A DNA stretch of 63,209 bases, filler included, from an uncultured Methanosarcinales archaeon (GTDB taxonomy: Archaea > Nanobdellota > Nanobdellia > Woesearchaeales > DSVV01), in the NCBI GenBank assembly GCA_964593285.1. It is 6 parts of 6 records of this genome, joined end to end, with 100 filler letters (N's around TTAATTAATTAA, not from the genome) between each part and the next. Parts side by side here need not be neighbours in the genome. Positions count along the whole stretch, not along the records: positions 49,256 to 59,621 come from CAZQHZ010000029.1; 5 more parts are not named here. One strand, written 5' to 3'. Of this stretch, positions 49,256 through 59,621 are shown piece by piece. Positions within the stretch are counted from its first letter, which is position 1; each line of letters begins with the position of its first letter. The notes under the pieces were generated by a model that did no database searches, was not told where the DNA came from, and was given only the letters and a program-made list of their open reading frames with translations. Position numbers and translations under genes: made by a program.

Positions 49256-50971
49256 TCTTGTAAAAGTAAAGCTGGTTTAATTACTAATGCAACTGCAAAT
49301 TTTATTGTTGAAACAGGTTTAAATATTAATTTAGATATAATTGAGCCTAAAAAAAATTATTATTTTGAAAATAATTTAGATATTAATGCAAAAACTTCTC
49401 ATGAAGCACAATGTTTTTATTCTTTAAATTCATCTAATATTTCAAAAAACAAAGGAACTTTTGGTAATTTAACTAAAGAACACATAGCAAATGAAAATTT
49501 TTTAGATGGTGAGAATAAGTTATGGGTTAAATGTAATTTTATTTCACAAGATGGTATAAAACCAGGTGTTACAAAAAATAAATTAGTGATTATCGATAAA
49601 GCAAAACCAATTATAAATTATGTTAATATTACACAACCTTTTGTTTCTAATAATAAAATATGGGATAAAAATAAAATTAATGTAAATTTAAATGTAAATT
49701 TAACAAAATCTGGCTTTAAAAAAGTTTTTTATTTAATTAATTCAAGTGATGATTCATACTCTAGTGGATGGATTGAAAGAAATAATTTAAATGTTGTTTT
49801 AAATAAAGACTCACAAAATAATAATTTAAATTTAACAGATTTAAAAACATATTATGTTTATTCTAAAATTGTTTCAGGTTCAAATATTGTGAGTGAAATT
49901 AAACGAAGTGAATCTTTATTTTTAAATCAAAGTTTAAAACCAGATCATTGCGAAAATAATAATTTTGATGTAGGTCTTGAAAGTGATATAGATTGTGGTT
50001 TACATTGTCCGCCTTGTGAAAATGGTGTAAGATGTTTTACAGATAATGATTGCTTGTTAAGTAATTGTGTGCAAACAGATAGTGGTAAGATTTGTAAAGA
50101 GCCAAGTTGTTTTGATGGAATAAAAAATCAAGATGAAACAGGAGTTGATTGTGGTGGCTTAAATTGTGTTCCTTGTAAAAGTGGGAATGTTTGTTTAATT
50201 GATAGTGATTGTTTAAGTAGTAGTTGTGTAAAAAATGTTTGTGAAGAAATAAATATATGTGAAAATGGTGAGCCTGATTATGAGAAAGGTGAAACAGATA
50301 TTGACTGTGGCGGACCATGCGAAGCATGTGAAATAAATAAAAAATGTAATTTGGATAATGATTGTCAAGAAAGTTTAGTATGCCAGAGAGGTTTTTGTTT
50401 ATATAATATAGATGGTAGTTGTGTTCCTAAATGCGAGGAAGGATTTGAATGTAAAAATAATGAATGTGTTAAAATTTCCACACTAATAAATGAGTGCGAT
50501 CCAAGGTGTTCTATCGGATATAGTTGTATTAATGGTAAATGTATAAAAGATGAGGATCCAAATAAAGATGTTGATAAAGACAAATTTCCTATTTGGTTAA
50601 TTTTATTGATTATATTTTTAATAATCATACTTACTTTAGTAATATTATATTTTATTTTTAAAGGAAAAACAGTTACAATATTTTCAAAAACAATATTTAT
50701 TCCAGATTACTTTAAATCAGTTAATTTAGATTATTTTAGTAATAAATTTACAAATAAACATTTACCAATTAAATCAAATGATTCTTTAAAATATCAAGTA
50801 AAATTTAAACCAATTAATACTCAAAAGCAAATGCCAGAAAACAAAACAAACATGAGTTATTATTATAATAATTCTTCAAATACAAAAGAAATGATTAATT
50901 TAATTAGACAAAAACGAGAAGAACAAATGAAAAAAGAGCAAGATTTAATTAAAAATAAATTTAAAAAATAA
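49256..50971 (+). CDS. Cys-rich membrane-anchored surface protein, 5'-partial
   Basis: Frame open from the contig edge; three E(S/T)xxDCG-type Cys-rich repeats, two CxPxCxxGxxCxNxxC units, TM helix. Confidence 0.8.
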   Translation, partial: SCKSKAGLITNATANFIVETGLNINLDIIEPKKNYYFENNLDINAKTSHEAQCFYSLNSSNISKNKGTFGNLTKEHIANENFLDGENKLWVKCNFISQDGIKPGVTKNKLVIIDKAKPIINYVNITQPFVSNNKIWDKNKINVNLNVNLTKSGFKKVFYLINSSDDSYSSGWIERNNLNVVLNKDSQNNNLNLTDLKTYYVYSKIVSGSNIVSEIKRSESLFLNQSLKPDHCENNNFDVGLESDIDCGLHCPPCENGVRCFTDNDCLLSNCVQTDSGKICKEPSCFDGIKNQDETGVDCGGLNCVPCKSGNVCLIDSDCLSSSCVKNVCEEINICENGEPDYEKGETDIDCGGPCEACEINKKCNLDNDCQESLVCQRGFCLYNIDGSCVPKCEEGFECKNNECVKISTLINECDPRCSIGYSCINGKCIKDEDPNKDVDKDKFPIWLILLIIFLIIILTLVILYFIFKGKTVTIFSKTIFIPDYFKSVNLDYFSNKFTNKHLPIKSNDSLKYQVKFKPINTQKQMPENKTNMSYYYNNSSNTKEMINLIRQKREEQMKKEQDLIKNKFKK

Positions 50972-50986
50972 ATATTATTAAAAAAA

Positions 50987-52201
50987 TTATTTGTATAAAT
51001 TATTCTTAGCACCCTCTTTTATAGGGATACATAATTTAAATTTACTACCATATGGGAAATTAGATGTTATATCAAATTCTGCATTTTGTTCTTTAAAATC
51101 TTTATATGTTTTTGATAATCCATTATAAGGATTTGGTGTATTTGAATTCATACATTCACTTAAGTTTTTTTCAATATTTAATTTTTTTGAAATAATTTCA
51201 GCAACAAAATAATTTATATTATTTTTTTTTTCAATATCAAACTTTAATTCATTATCTGTTTTTGAATTATTATTTGATAAATAACTATATATTCTTTGCA
51301 TTGAAATCATTAATGATTCTTGATCAATATATATTGGACATTTCAAACTATTATCATTAAATTTTATATCAATTGATGATCCATTGTTTGTTTTTTTATG
51401 TTTGTTATAGGTAGATTTTAAAAAGCTTGGAGCATCATATTCTTCAGAATAATATCCATTATCATAAAATTGTTTTAATTTTATTTGATGTTTGTTAAGT
51501 CTATTAATTTGTTCAATAATTCCATTAATATTTTGATTTGATTTTTTTTCAGGGATGTAATCCTTTTTGATTTGTTTTAGGTTATTTGAAATTGTTTTAA
51601 TAGATTTTGAAATTTCATTAATAGATTCATTAATTATCTTACCATATGCATTTTTTTCTTCTTTATTTAAACCAAAAAAATAATTGTTTATATCTTCTTT
51701 TTCTATAAGATATTGCATTAAGGTAATTATTTCTTGGTTATTTAAATTATTATTGATGTAGTTAGCATATTTTGTAGATATATCATTATTATTTTTTATT
51801 TTTGTTTTTTTTGTTATTAATTTTTCATCAAGTGTTGGTTTGTTTATATTTGAATAATTTTTTCTAAATAATTTTATTTTTTTTAAATGATTTTCAAGCG
51901 AAAGTGCTTGATTTGTTATTGTATCTAAATTATTTTGTATTTTTTTATTATATTCTTTATTTATTTTTTTTTTAAAGCTTCTAACGCTTCCGGATAATAT
52001 TAAAACTGAATTGCCAATATGATGTGTTATTTCATCGATAACTGAATTGTTTATCCTATAAGAATCATTGTTTATTCCATAGAAATATTCTTCTAAAAGA
52101 TTTGTTTTTTTTGATATTTGTGAAATTAAATTTATTGTTTCGTTGTTATCTAATGTGTTTGCTATATTTTCTGCAAGAAATTCAAGATTTTTTGTAACCA
52201 T
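50987..52201 (-). CDS. Degenerate histidine-kinase-like protein with duplicated DHp-like region
   Basis: DEITHHIGNSV H-box-like segment; C-terminal GLSKTYK...FDITS..YGSKFKLCIP resembles the HATPase end; N and G1 boxes missing. Confidence 0.6.
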   Translation of the reverse strand: MVTKNLEFLAENIANTLDNNETINLISQISKKTNLLEEYFYGINNDSYRINNSVIDEITHHIGNSVLILSGSVRSFKKKINKEYNKKIQNNLDTITNQALSLENHLKKIKLFRKNYSNINKPTLDEKLITKKTKIKNNNDISTKYANYINNNLNNQEIITLMQYLIEKEDINNYFFGLNKEEKNAYGKIINESINEISKSIKTISNNLKQIKKDYIPEKKSNQNINGIIEQINRLNKHQIKLKQFYDNGYYSEEYDAPSFLKSTYNKHKKTNNGSSIDIKFNDNSLKCPIYIDQESLMISMQRIYSYLSNNNSKTDNELKFDIEKKNNINYFVAEIISKKLNIEKNLSECMNSNTPNPYNGLSKTYKDFKEQNAEFDITSNFPYGSKFKLCIPIKEGAKNNLYK

Positions 52202-52348
52202 TTTAAATAGTATATGTTTTTGTATATTAATATTTAAATACATATTATTTATATGTATTGAAATTTATAAATGTTTTTATTTTGTTATGTTAATTTTATA
52301 TCAAAAAAAGAAAAATTTTAATATTTTTATAACTTTTTTATTTATAAA

Positions 52349-52951
52349 ATGTATAAAATAAATGAATATGAGGAAAAAATAATTAAAGAATTGATAAAAA
52401 ACCCAAGAATTTCAGATAATGCAATCTCAAAAAAAACAAAAATACCTGTAATGACTGTTAATAGAAAAAGAAAAAAATTAGAAGAAAATAATTTAATAAG
52501 TTATTATACAGATTTTTGTCATGGTGAAAAAGGCATTAATGATTTTTTTACAAAAGAATTATTTTTAATTAAGTTTAATAGAGGAATTACACGAGATGAT
52601 TATTTAAATTTTATTAAAAAGGAAAAAATAAATAAAAATATTTTACCTATGTATGTTGCAGAAACATATCTTGGCGAAAAAGATGGTTGTTTGAGTTTAA
52701 TTTTAATAATAAATTCGAAAAATACAGCAGAATTGATTGATTTTTTTAATTCTACAATTATTAATATGCTAAAGAAACAATTTGGGAAAGATTGTATTTT
52801 AGATGTCATTACAACAAAACTTACTGATTTGATTAGAGTGCATCACAATTATATGCCTAATATAAATATGAAAAAAGGTATTATCGATTCAAAATGGCCT
52901 GACGATTGGATATTTGTAACTAGAAACCGACATAAAAAAATTTTAAAGTAA
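52349..52951 (+). CDS. Lrp/AsnC-type HTH transcription regulator
   Basis: IIKELIKNPRISDNAISKKTKIPVMTVNRKRKKLEE. Confidence 0.8.
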   Translation: MYKINEYEEKIIKELIKNPRISDNAISKKTKIPVMTVNRKRKKLEENNLISYYTDFCHGEKGINDFFTKELFLIKFNRGITRDDYLNFIKKEKINKNILPMYVAETYLGEKDGCLSLILIINSKNTAELIDFFNSTIINMLKKQFGKDCILDVITTKLTDLIRVHHNYMPNINMKKGIIDSKWPDDWIFVTRNRHKKILK

Positions 52952-53051
52952 AAATTAAAATTGATTTTGTATTTTCTTCATGTTACTATTATTTAATAAT
53001 ACAAAAAGTTTTAATACCTTAAATTTATATCTTTTTAAAGGGTGGAAAATA

Positions 53052-54194
53052 ATGGGGTTTTTCGATTGGTTTTTAAAGAAAAAAAACAAAGTAAATGAAA
53101 ATAGTGAAAAAAGTGAAGATTTAAAATCTGATAAAACAAATAATACAGAAAATTTAGATCCAGCAGAAGCAGTTATTTTTTCAAATAAAGAAATTAATAA
53201 TGTTAATGATATAAAAAAAAGTGTTAATACACAAGATGATGCAGAAAAAAATATTTTTCAAGATTCATCTTTAAATGAAAATACTATAAAAAATTCAAAT
53301 TTTAATAAAAATACAAATACTAATGAAAATTTAGGTTCAGAAGATATTTTATTGACAAGAAATTCTAATTTTTTTAATCAAGAAAAAAAAATTCCTGGAT
53401 TTGTTAAAAAAAAAGATGAAAATGAAAAAATCAATAATTCTTTTTTTGAATTAAACAACAAAAGTGAAAATTTAAACATTAATAATAATTCATATTCAAA
53501 TAATCAAAACAAAAGTAATAATAGAAAAATAATGCCTTCATTTTCAAATTTTGATAAAAATTTAAATATAAAAAAAAATAATGATGATGATTTAAATTTA
53601 AATACTAAAAATTCAGAAAATTTTTCTATGAATAATAAAAACAAAGAAAATTTAGAGAAAATTTCTTTAAATGAAAAAAATTCTTCATATAAAATACCAT
53701 TTCCTGAAAATTTAGGTAATGAACATAGTAATAATAATTTTAATGATTCTGTAGATATAGATCTTGGAGTTACAGAAAAAAATTTTGTTAAAAATAATTT
53801 AAATAAAATAACTGATTATAAAAATAATAATTATAAAAAAAATGATAATTTAGAAAAAAGTAATTTAAATGAAAGTAATAAAATAGAAGATTCTTTTTTT
53901 GAATTAAATAATAAAAGCGAAGTTATAAAAAAAATTAATGAAAAAAAAGAAAATTTAGAAGAAATAAAAAAACCAATTAAAACAGAAAAAGATTTATTTA
54001 TGTCTATTTTAGATTTTAAAAATTTATATGGAATTATTGATTCAATCAATCAAGATGTTGAAATTATTTCAAGTTCAACACTAAGGACAATTGAAATTAA
54101 TAACGATCTTGATTTAAATTATCAAAGATGGAAAAATGATTTTAGTGAAATGAATAAAAATTTAGAACAATTTGAAAAAATATTTTTTAATTAA
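53052..54194 (+). CDS. Asn-rich disordered protein with C-terminal coiled-coil domain
   Basis: GGGTGG SD, start MGFFDWFLKKK, low-complexity body, helical C-terminus. Confidence 0.7.
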   Translation: MGFFDWFLKKKNKVNENSEKSEDLKSDKTNNTENLDPAEAVIFSNKEINNVNDIKKSVNTQDDAEKNIFQDSSLNENTIKNSNFNKNTNTNENLGSEDILLTRNSNFFNQEKKIPGFVKKKDENEKINNSFFELNNKSENLNINNNSYSNNQNKSNNRKIMPSFSNFDKNLNIKKNNDDDLNLNTKNSENFSMNNKNKENLEKISLNEKNSSYKIPFPENLGNEHSNNNFNDSVDIDLGVTEKNFVKNNLNKITDYKNNNYKKNDNLEKSNLNESNKIEDSFFELNNKSEVIKKINEKKENLEEIKKPIKTEKDLFMSILDFKNLYGIIDSINQDVEIISSSTLRTIEINNDLDLNYQRWKNDFSEMNKNLEQFEKIFFN

Positions 54195-54198
54195 ATGA

Positions 54199-54447
54199 AT
54201 GGTGATTATAATGGAAGATGTTGATGAAAAGAAGGTTTTTGTAAGACTTAATGAATATAAAGAAGCGATTGATTTATTTGAAGAATTAAAAAATAAATTA
54301 AATGATGCAAAAGATTCAATTTCAAACATTGAAAAATTGCACAATGAAGAAAAAGAAGAAATAACTGTATGGGAAAATTCATTAGTGGAAATTGAAAAAA
54401 AAATAGGATATGTTGATAGTTTAATTTTAGGAAAAGAGGATAATTAA
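54199..54447 (+). CDS. Small coiled-coil protein, paralogous to the upstream C-terminal domain
   Basis: VFVRLNEYK...W; GGTGA SD suggests a start at ~54211. Confidence 0.75.
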   Translation: MVIIMEDVDEKKVFVRLNEYKEAIDLFEELKNKLNDAKDSISNIEKLHNEEKEEITVWENSLVEIEKKIGYVDSLILGKEDN

Positions 54448-54855
54448 ATGGAAAAGGTAGAAAATAATTCATTTTTTGTAAGTATAAATAATTATAATGA
54501 AATAAAAAAAGAAATTTTTAAAACATCAAATGAAATTTTAGTATGTTTAAAAAATTTTGAAAAAATTCAAAATATTAGAGCAAATAAAAATAAACTTATT
54601 AGAAATTATTTGGAAAAAATATCAGAAATAAAAAATTTATCTTCTTTATTAAATGAAAAATTACCACAAATTGATTCTAAAAAAAATTTAAAATTATCAA
54701 AAGAAAAAAATTCTGTTAAAAAAGAAAAAATTAGCAAAGCAGATAATATTGTTTCTGATGAAATTGATGTTGAAAAAATAGAAGATACAGATATAAAAAA
54801 TATTGAAAAATCAATTGATGAGCTTGAAAAAAAAATAAACAATATTGTTAATTAA
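54448..54855 (+). CDS. Coiled-coil protein
   Basis: FFVSINNY start motif, heptad pattern, GAGG SD. Confidence 0.7.
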   Translation: MEKVENNSFFVSINNYNEIKKEIFKTSNEILVCLKNFEKIQNIRANKNKLIRNYLEKISEIKNLSSLLNEKLPQIDSKKNLKLSKEKNSVKKEKISKADNIVSDEIDVEKIEDTDIKNIEKSIDELEKKINNIVN

Positions 54856-54940
54856 AAGTTAATAAAAATCCAATTTATTTTAAAAATATTTATATATTAT
54901 TCTTTTTTTGCATGTTTTATTATACCTTTTTAGCTAATTT

Positions 54941-55080
54941 GCGGGGGTGCCGGAGCGGTCAAACGGGCCAGACTCAAGTCATTTTGAGTGTTGAGCATTA
55001 GGTTTTAAATGCGATGAAAAACAATATGTGAGTTATCTGCTGGCTTAGTGCCTTCGAGGGTTCAAATCCCTTCCCCCGCA
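54941..55080 (+). tRNA. tRNA-Leu(CAA) with 56-nt intron at 37/38 (54979-55034)
   Basis: Acceptor GCGGGGG/CCCCCGC, A73, long variable arm, BHB motif (CTCA/TGAG helix, AGT and TTA bulges). Confidence 0.93.
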
Positions 55081-55182
55081 TTTTTTAATATTTTTAAAAA
55101 ATTAAATGCTTTTTTATAAAAATCTTTATAAATAAAATATGATTACTAGCATTTACATATAAATAATGGGGGAATTTAAAAA

Positions 55183-55929
55183 ATGAAACTTACACTTGCT
55201 GAACCAAAATATATTAAAGATAGTATAACTATTATTTCTGAATTAGTAACAGAAGCTAGGTTTAAAATTACAAAAGATGCAATTGAATTAATTGCAATGG
55301 ACCCTGCAAATGTTGCAATGGTTGTTTTTAAATTACTTAGTAGCTCTTTTGTTGAATATGATTTAGAAAAAGATGTTGAAATTGCAATAAATCTTAATAA
55401 TTTTAAACAAGTTTTAAAAAGAGCAAAAGCGAATGATACTGTTACAATTAAACTTGGAGAAGATAATAAATTTGATGTTATTTTTAAAGGAAAAAATACA
55501 AGAAAATTTTCTCTTCCAATAATTGAGTTAGAAGAAAAAGAACAAAAAGTACCTGAGTTAAATTTTCCAATTACAATAACAACAACAGCCCAAAATTTAA
55601 CTGAAGCAATAGAAGATGCAGATATTGTTTCTGAATCTGTTTCATTTGAAGGGGATTCAAATAAATTAGTTATTTTAGCTCAAGGAGATTTATCAAAAGC
55701 TAAAATAGAAATTAATAAGGATGAGCAAACAACTATTAAAGCAGATGTTCAAGATAAAATACGAGCAAAATATTCTGTTGAATATTTAAAAAAAATGATT
55801 TCTGGAAGTAAATTAGCAGATATTGTTAATTTAAGTTTTAATAATGATTATCCTTTAATGTTAGAATTTAAAGAAATTGATAAAGTTAATTTAAAATTCA
55901 TATTAGCACCAAGGGTAGATAATGATTAA
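55183..55929 (+). CDS. pcn: DNA polymerase sliding clamp PCNA
   Basis: AMDPANVAMV, AKYSVEYL, DYPL, FILAPRV. Confidence 0.98.
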   Translation: MKLTLAEPKYIKDSITIISELVTEARFKITKDAIELIAMDPANVAMVVFKLLSSSFVEYDLEKDVEIAINLNNFKQVLKRAKANDTVTIKLGEDNKFDVIFKGKNTRKFSLPIIELEEKEQKVPELNFPITITTTAQNLTEAIEDADIVSESVSFEGDSNKLVILAQGDLSKAKIEINKDEQTTIKADVQDKIRAKYSVEYLKKMISGSKLADIVNLSFNNDYPLMLEFKEIDKVNLKFILAPRVDND

Positions 55930-57737
55930 AACCATTTATTTTTTTTAAATTTTATTAAAAAATCGTTTTGTTTTAAATAATTTTTTTCATTTAGTTGAAT
56001 TGATGTGTTAATTAATGCCATATGTGTGTAACCTTGAGGAAAATTACCTATTAAATTTTTAGTTTTGATATTTATATCTTCTGAATATAAACCAAGATGA
56101 TTTGAATTTTTCAATAATTTATCATAAATTTTTTTTGCTTTTTCTTTTTCATTAATGTAACATAATGCACTAGCTAACCAAAAAGAACATACAGTAAAAG
56201 AACTATTTGATTTTCCAAAATCATCATCAATTGAATATCTTTGAACTAAATAACCATTATGTAATAATTTTTCATATATTTTTTTAATTGTATTTATTAA
56301 TCTTGGATCTGTATTTTCTAAAAATTCATAATTTGCCATTAATAACAATGATGCATCTAATTCTTTTCCACCATAATACATAACAAAAGAAGATATATTA
56401 TTATTATATCCGTTTGTTAGAATATCATTTTTTATTTCGTCTCTTAAATCAAGCCATTTATTAATTAAATTTTCTTTTTTATAAAATTGGGCAATTTTTA
56501 TTGCTCTATCAATTCCAACATAACACATTAATTTTGAAAAAGTATAGTGTTTATATAAACCTCTAAATTCCCAAATTCCAGAATCAACCCTTGCCCAGCT
56601 AAATTTTATTTGATTTACTGTATATTCTAAAAATCGCCAATATTTTTTAGTAATTTTTTTTTCATAACCATAATGTACAAAATATAAATACATAATATCA
56701 ATTATTTCACCATAAATGTCGTTTTGTAATTGATTGTATGCGGCATTTCCAATTCTTATAGGTTTTGTATTTTTAAATCCATCTAAATGTTCTAGGAAAT
56801 ATTCTTTAATTTTTGTTTCGCCTTCTATCCCATATAAAGGTTGTATAAAATCGTTTTTTCTTGCAAGGTTAATAATGAATTCCATTAATTTTTTTGATTC
56901 ATGGTTTCTTCCAATTCGTTTAAAAGTATCTGCACAAAAAGCAGCATCTCTAATCCAGCAATATCTATAATCCCATGTTCTAACAGTGTTTAATTCTTCT
57001 GGAATAGATGTAGTTGGACTTGCAATTATTGATCCTGTTTCACTATATGTTAATAATTTTAAAACAAGGGCAGATCTAATTATTTGTTTTTTATTTTCAT
57101 CTGGTAAAATTAAAGTATTAACCCATTTTAACCAATATCTTTTTGTAGAATTTAATAATGTTAAACATTTTTTAATATTGTATTCTTCTTTTTTTTCGCC
57201 TAAAACCAGATATTTTCTTTGGTTTAAGTCTATTTCTTGAAAATTTAATAATTTTTGATTTTCAATATTACTAAATAAAAATATTTTTTCATTTTCACTT
57301 TTAATATTTATTTTATTTTCTTCTTCAACTAAAAAAGTATTTGTTTTTGCATATTCTAATTTTGGATTTAAAATAATTTTAATTTTTGGTTTTCCTTTTA
57401 TTGGTTCAATTATTCTAACTAATTTATTTATTTTGAAAACTTTTGTTTTTTTATTTGGTAATATTTTTTTATATCTTGGAAAAAAATCAATTATTTTAAA
57501 TGAATAATCTTTATTTTCAACTGTTGTTTCTAAAATATTTGTGTTTTCAATATATTTTTGTTTATATGTGCTTTTTTTATTTGGAATGATTTGAAAACTT
57601 CCACCTTTTTTTTCATCAAGAATTTTTGCAAAAATACTACTACTATCAAATTTTGGGTAGCACATCCATTCAATTGAACCTTTTTTATCAATTAATGCAC
57701 AGGTTTTACAATTTCCAATAATTCCATAATCTAACAT
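55926..57737 (-). CDS. GH15 glycoside hydrolase (trehalase/glucoamylase-like)
   Basis: YGIIGNC, ASPTTSIPE, WDYRYCWIRDA, GIWEFRG, LGLYSED, GNFPQGYTH. Confidence 0.95.
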   Translation of the reverse strand: MLDYGIIGNCKTCALIDKKGSIEWMCYPKFDSSSIFAKILDEKKGGSFQIIPNKKSTYKQKYIENTNILETTVENKDYSFKIIDFFPRYKKILPNKKTKVFKINKLVRIIEPIKGKPKIKIILNPKLEYAKTNTFLVEEENKINIKSENEKIFLFSNIENQKLLNFQEIDLNQRKYLVLGEKKEEYNIKKCLTLLNSTKRYWLKWVNTLILPDENKKQIIRSALVLKLLTYSETGSIIASPTTSIPEELNTVRTWDYRYCWIRDAAFCADTFKRIGRNHESKKLMEFIINLARKNDFIQPLYGIEGETKIKEYFLEHLDGFKNTKPIRIGNAAYNQLQNDIYGEIIDIMYLYFVHYGYEKKITKKYWRFLEYTVNQIKFSWARVDSGIWEFRGLYKHYTFSKLMCYVGIDRAIKIAQFYKKENLINKWLDLRDEIKNDILTNGYNNNISSFVMYYGGKELDASLLLMANYEFLENTDPRLINTIKKIYEKLLHNGYLVQRYSIDDDFGKSNSSFTVCSFWLASALCYINEKEKAKKIYDKLLKNSNHLGLYSEDINIKTKNLIGNFPQGYTHMALINTSIQLNEKNYLKQNDFLIKFKKNKWF

Positions 57738-57787
57738 TTTAAAAATTAATATAAATTATATTATTTAAATATTTCTTAAGTTATTAA

Positions 57788-59131
57788 TTAATCAATTAAA
57801 TTTAATTTTTTATAATTTTTATTTAATAAAAAAATAGCAATAATTGTAGAAATAATTGCACTAATTACCATTGCAATTGCAACACTTAAATAATTTAGTT
57901 GTAAAATGTTTACAAATAAATAAGATAAGGGGATAAAAATAATTATTATTCTGCTACTAATAATTATTAATCCAGAGATACCATCACCCATAGCTTGAAG
58001 GGCTTTTGAAATAAGAATAATTGTTGCAATTAATGGAAATGTAAAAACATTAATTTTCATTAAATTTGATGCTAAATTTAATAATTGTGGTTCGTTTGTA
58101 AAAATTTTAAAAAAAAATTGTGAAAAAAAAAATAAGATGATACCTAAAAAAAGCATGTAATTTATTGAAATTTTTAGAGAATAATTTATTATTTCTTTAA
58201 TTAATTTTTTTTGTTTTGCTCCAAAGTACATTCCAACCATAGTAAGCATACCTATACTTACTGCAATAACTGGCATTATTGAAACGCTTTCTAATCTATA
58301 TACAAGCCCCATACTTGAAACATAATCAACACCATACTTTGACATAAATCTATTTATTATTAAAACATAGCTAGAAAATAATAATTGAACAATCATTGTT
58401 GGAAATCCAACTTTTAAAATGGCTTTAATTATTTTTTTATTTATATCAATTTTTTTAAAATTAATTTTAATTTTAATTTTTTTAACTTTGTAAATGATTA
58501 TAATTCCAAGGACCATAGATAAAGAAACACTAATTAATGTTGCAATTGCAGCTCCTTCAACCCCATAATTTAATGTATAAATAAGAATAGGATCTAATAT
58601 TATGTTTGTTATAAGTCCAAAAATTTGTATTATTGTTGAATATTTAGTTAATCCTTGTCCATTTATTATTGCATTTATTGAACCTACCATAAAAAAAAAT
58701 ATTGTTGAATATAAAATTATTTTTAAATAACTAAGTGCAAGTGGCATTATATTTTTGTCGACTCCAAATATTGTTAATAATGGTTCAATAAATATTAATC
58801 CAATTATTGTAAACGTTATTCCACAAAAAATAGCGATTATAAATCCATTTATTGCGGTTTTTTTAGCATTTTTTATTTCATTTGCACCAATTTGTCTTGC
58901 AATTAATGAACTAACACCAGTACCAAGACCTATACTAATCCCTATTATTATGAAAAATATTGGTAAAGAAAAAGTAAGTGCAGCAATTGATTCTGACCCA
59001 AGACGCCCAACAAAAGCAGTGTCAACAATATTATACAATATTTGTACACTCATTGCAAGCATTATTGGAATAGATAATTTGAATAATGATTTTTTTGGAT
59101 TATTTATTATTTCATTTAATTTTTTATTCAT
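57788..59131 (-). CDS. MATE family efflux transporter
   Basis: LYNIVDTAFVGRLG, NIILDPILI, GVEGAAIAT. Confidence 0.95.
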   Translation of the reverse strand: MNKKLNEIINNPKKSLFKLSIPIMLAMSVQILYNIVDTAFVGRLGSESIAALTFSLPIFFIIIGISIGLGTGVSSLIARQIGANEIKNAKKTAINGFIIAIFCGITFTIIGLIFIEPLLTIFGVDKNIMPLALSYLKIILYSTIFFFMVGSINAIINGQGLTKYSTIIQIFGLITNIILDPILIYTLNYGVEGAAIATLISVSLSMVLGIIIIYKVKKIKIKINFKKIDINKKIIKAILKVGFPTMIVQLLFSSYVLIINRFMSKYGVDYVSSMGLVYRLESVSIMPVIAVSIGMLTMVGMYFGAKQKKLIKEIINYSLKISINYMLFLGIILFFFSQFFFKIFTNEPQLLNLASNLMKINVFTFPLIATIILISKALQAMGDGISGLIIISSRIIIIFIPLSYLFVNILQLNYLSVAIAMVISAIISTIIAIFLLNKNYKKLNLID

Positions 59132-59262
59132 TTTTTTTTGTTTTGTTCATTTTTTTATAAATTTTTTTCTCTTATAGTTTTTATTTTTTAAAATTGTATT
59201 TAATTTTAAAGTTAGAAAATTTAGAATAGATATAAATTAAAATTAACTAAATAGATTATAAT

Positions 59263-59616
59263 TTATTTAATTCTAGCTCCACAATTTGAACAAAAATTAT
59301 CATACAAACCTATTCTTTTTCCACATATTCTACAAAAATTATTTTGTTGTTGATTATATGGTTTTTGATTGTGGGGGTGTTTTTGGTGGTTTAAATTATT
59401 TTTAGGATTATTTTTTATTGCTTGATTTTTGTATGGTTGAATTTTATTTGGTTTTTCTTTTTTTTTGAAAAAAAATTTTATTCCTAATTTTATTAATCCA
59501 TATATAATAAAACCAATTCCTACATATCTAAAAAATAATAATTCTTCACGAAAAATAGAAATAATTACAACAAAGATTCCAATTATTAAAAACCAAATAC
59601 CATTTATTGAAGCCAT
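59263..59616 (-). CDS. 2-TM protein with C-terminal zinc ribbon
   Basis: FCRICG...NFCSNCG. Confidence 0.8.
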   Translation of the reverse strand: MASINGIWFLIIGIFVVIISIFREELLFFRYVGIGFIIYGLIKLGIKFFFKKKEKPNKIQPYKNQAIKNNPKNNLNHQKHPHNQKPYNQQQNNFCRICGKRIGLYDNFCSNCGARIK

Positions 59617-59621
59617 TTTTT

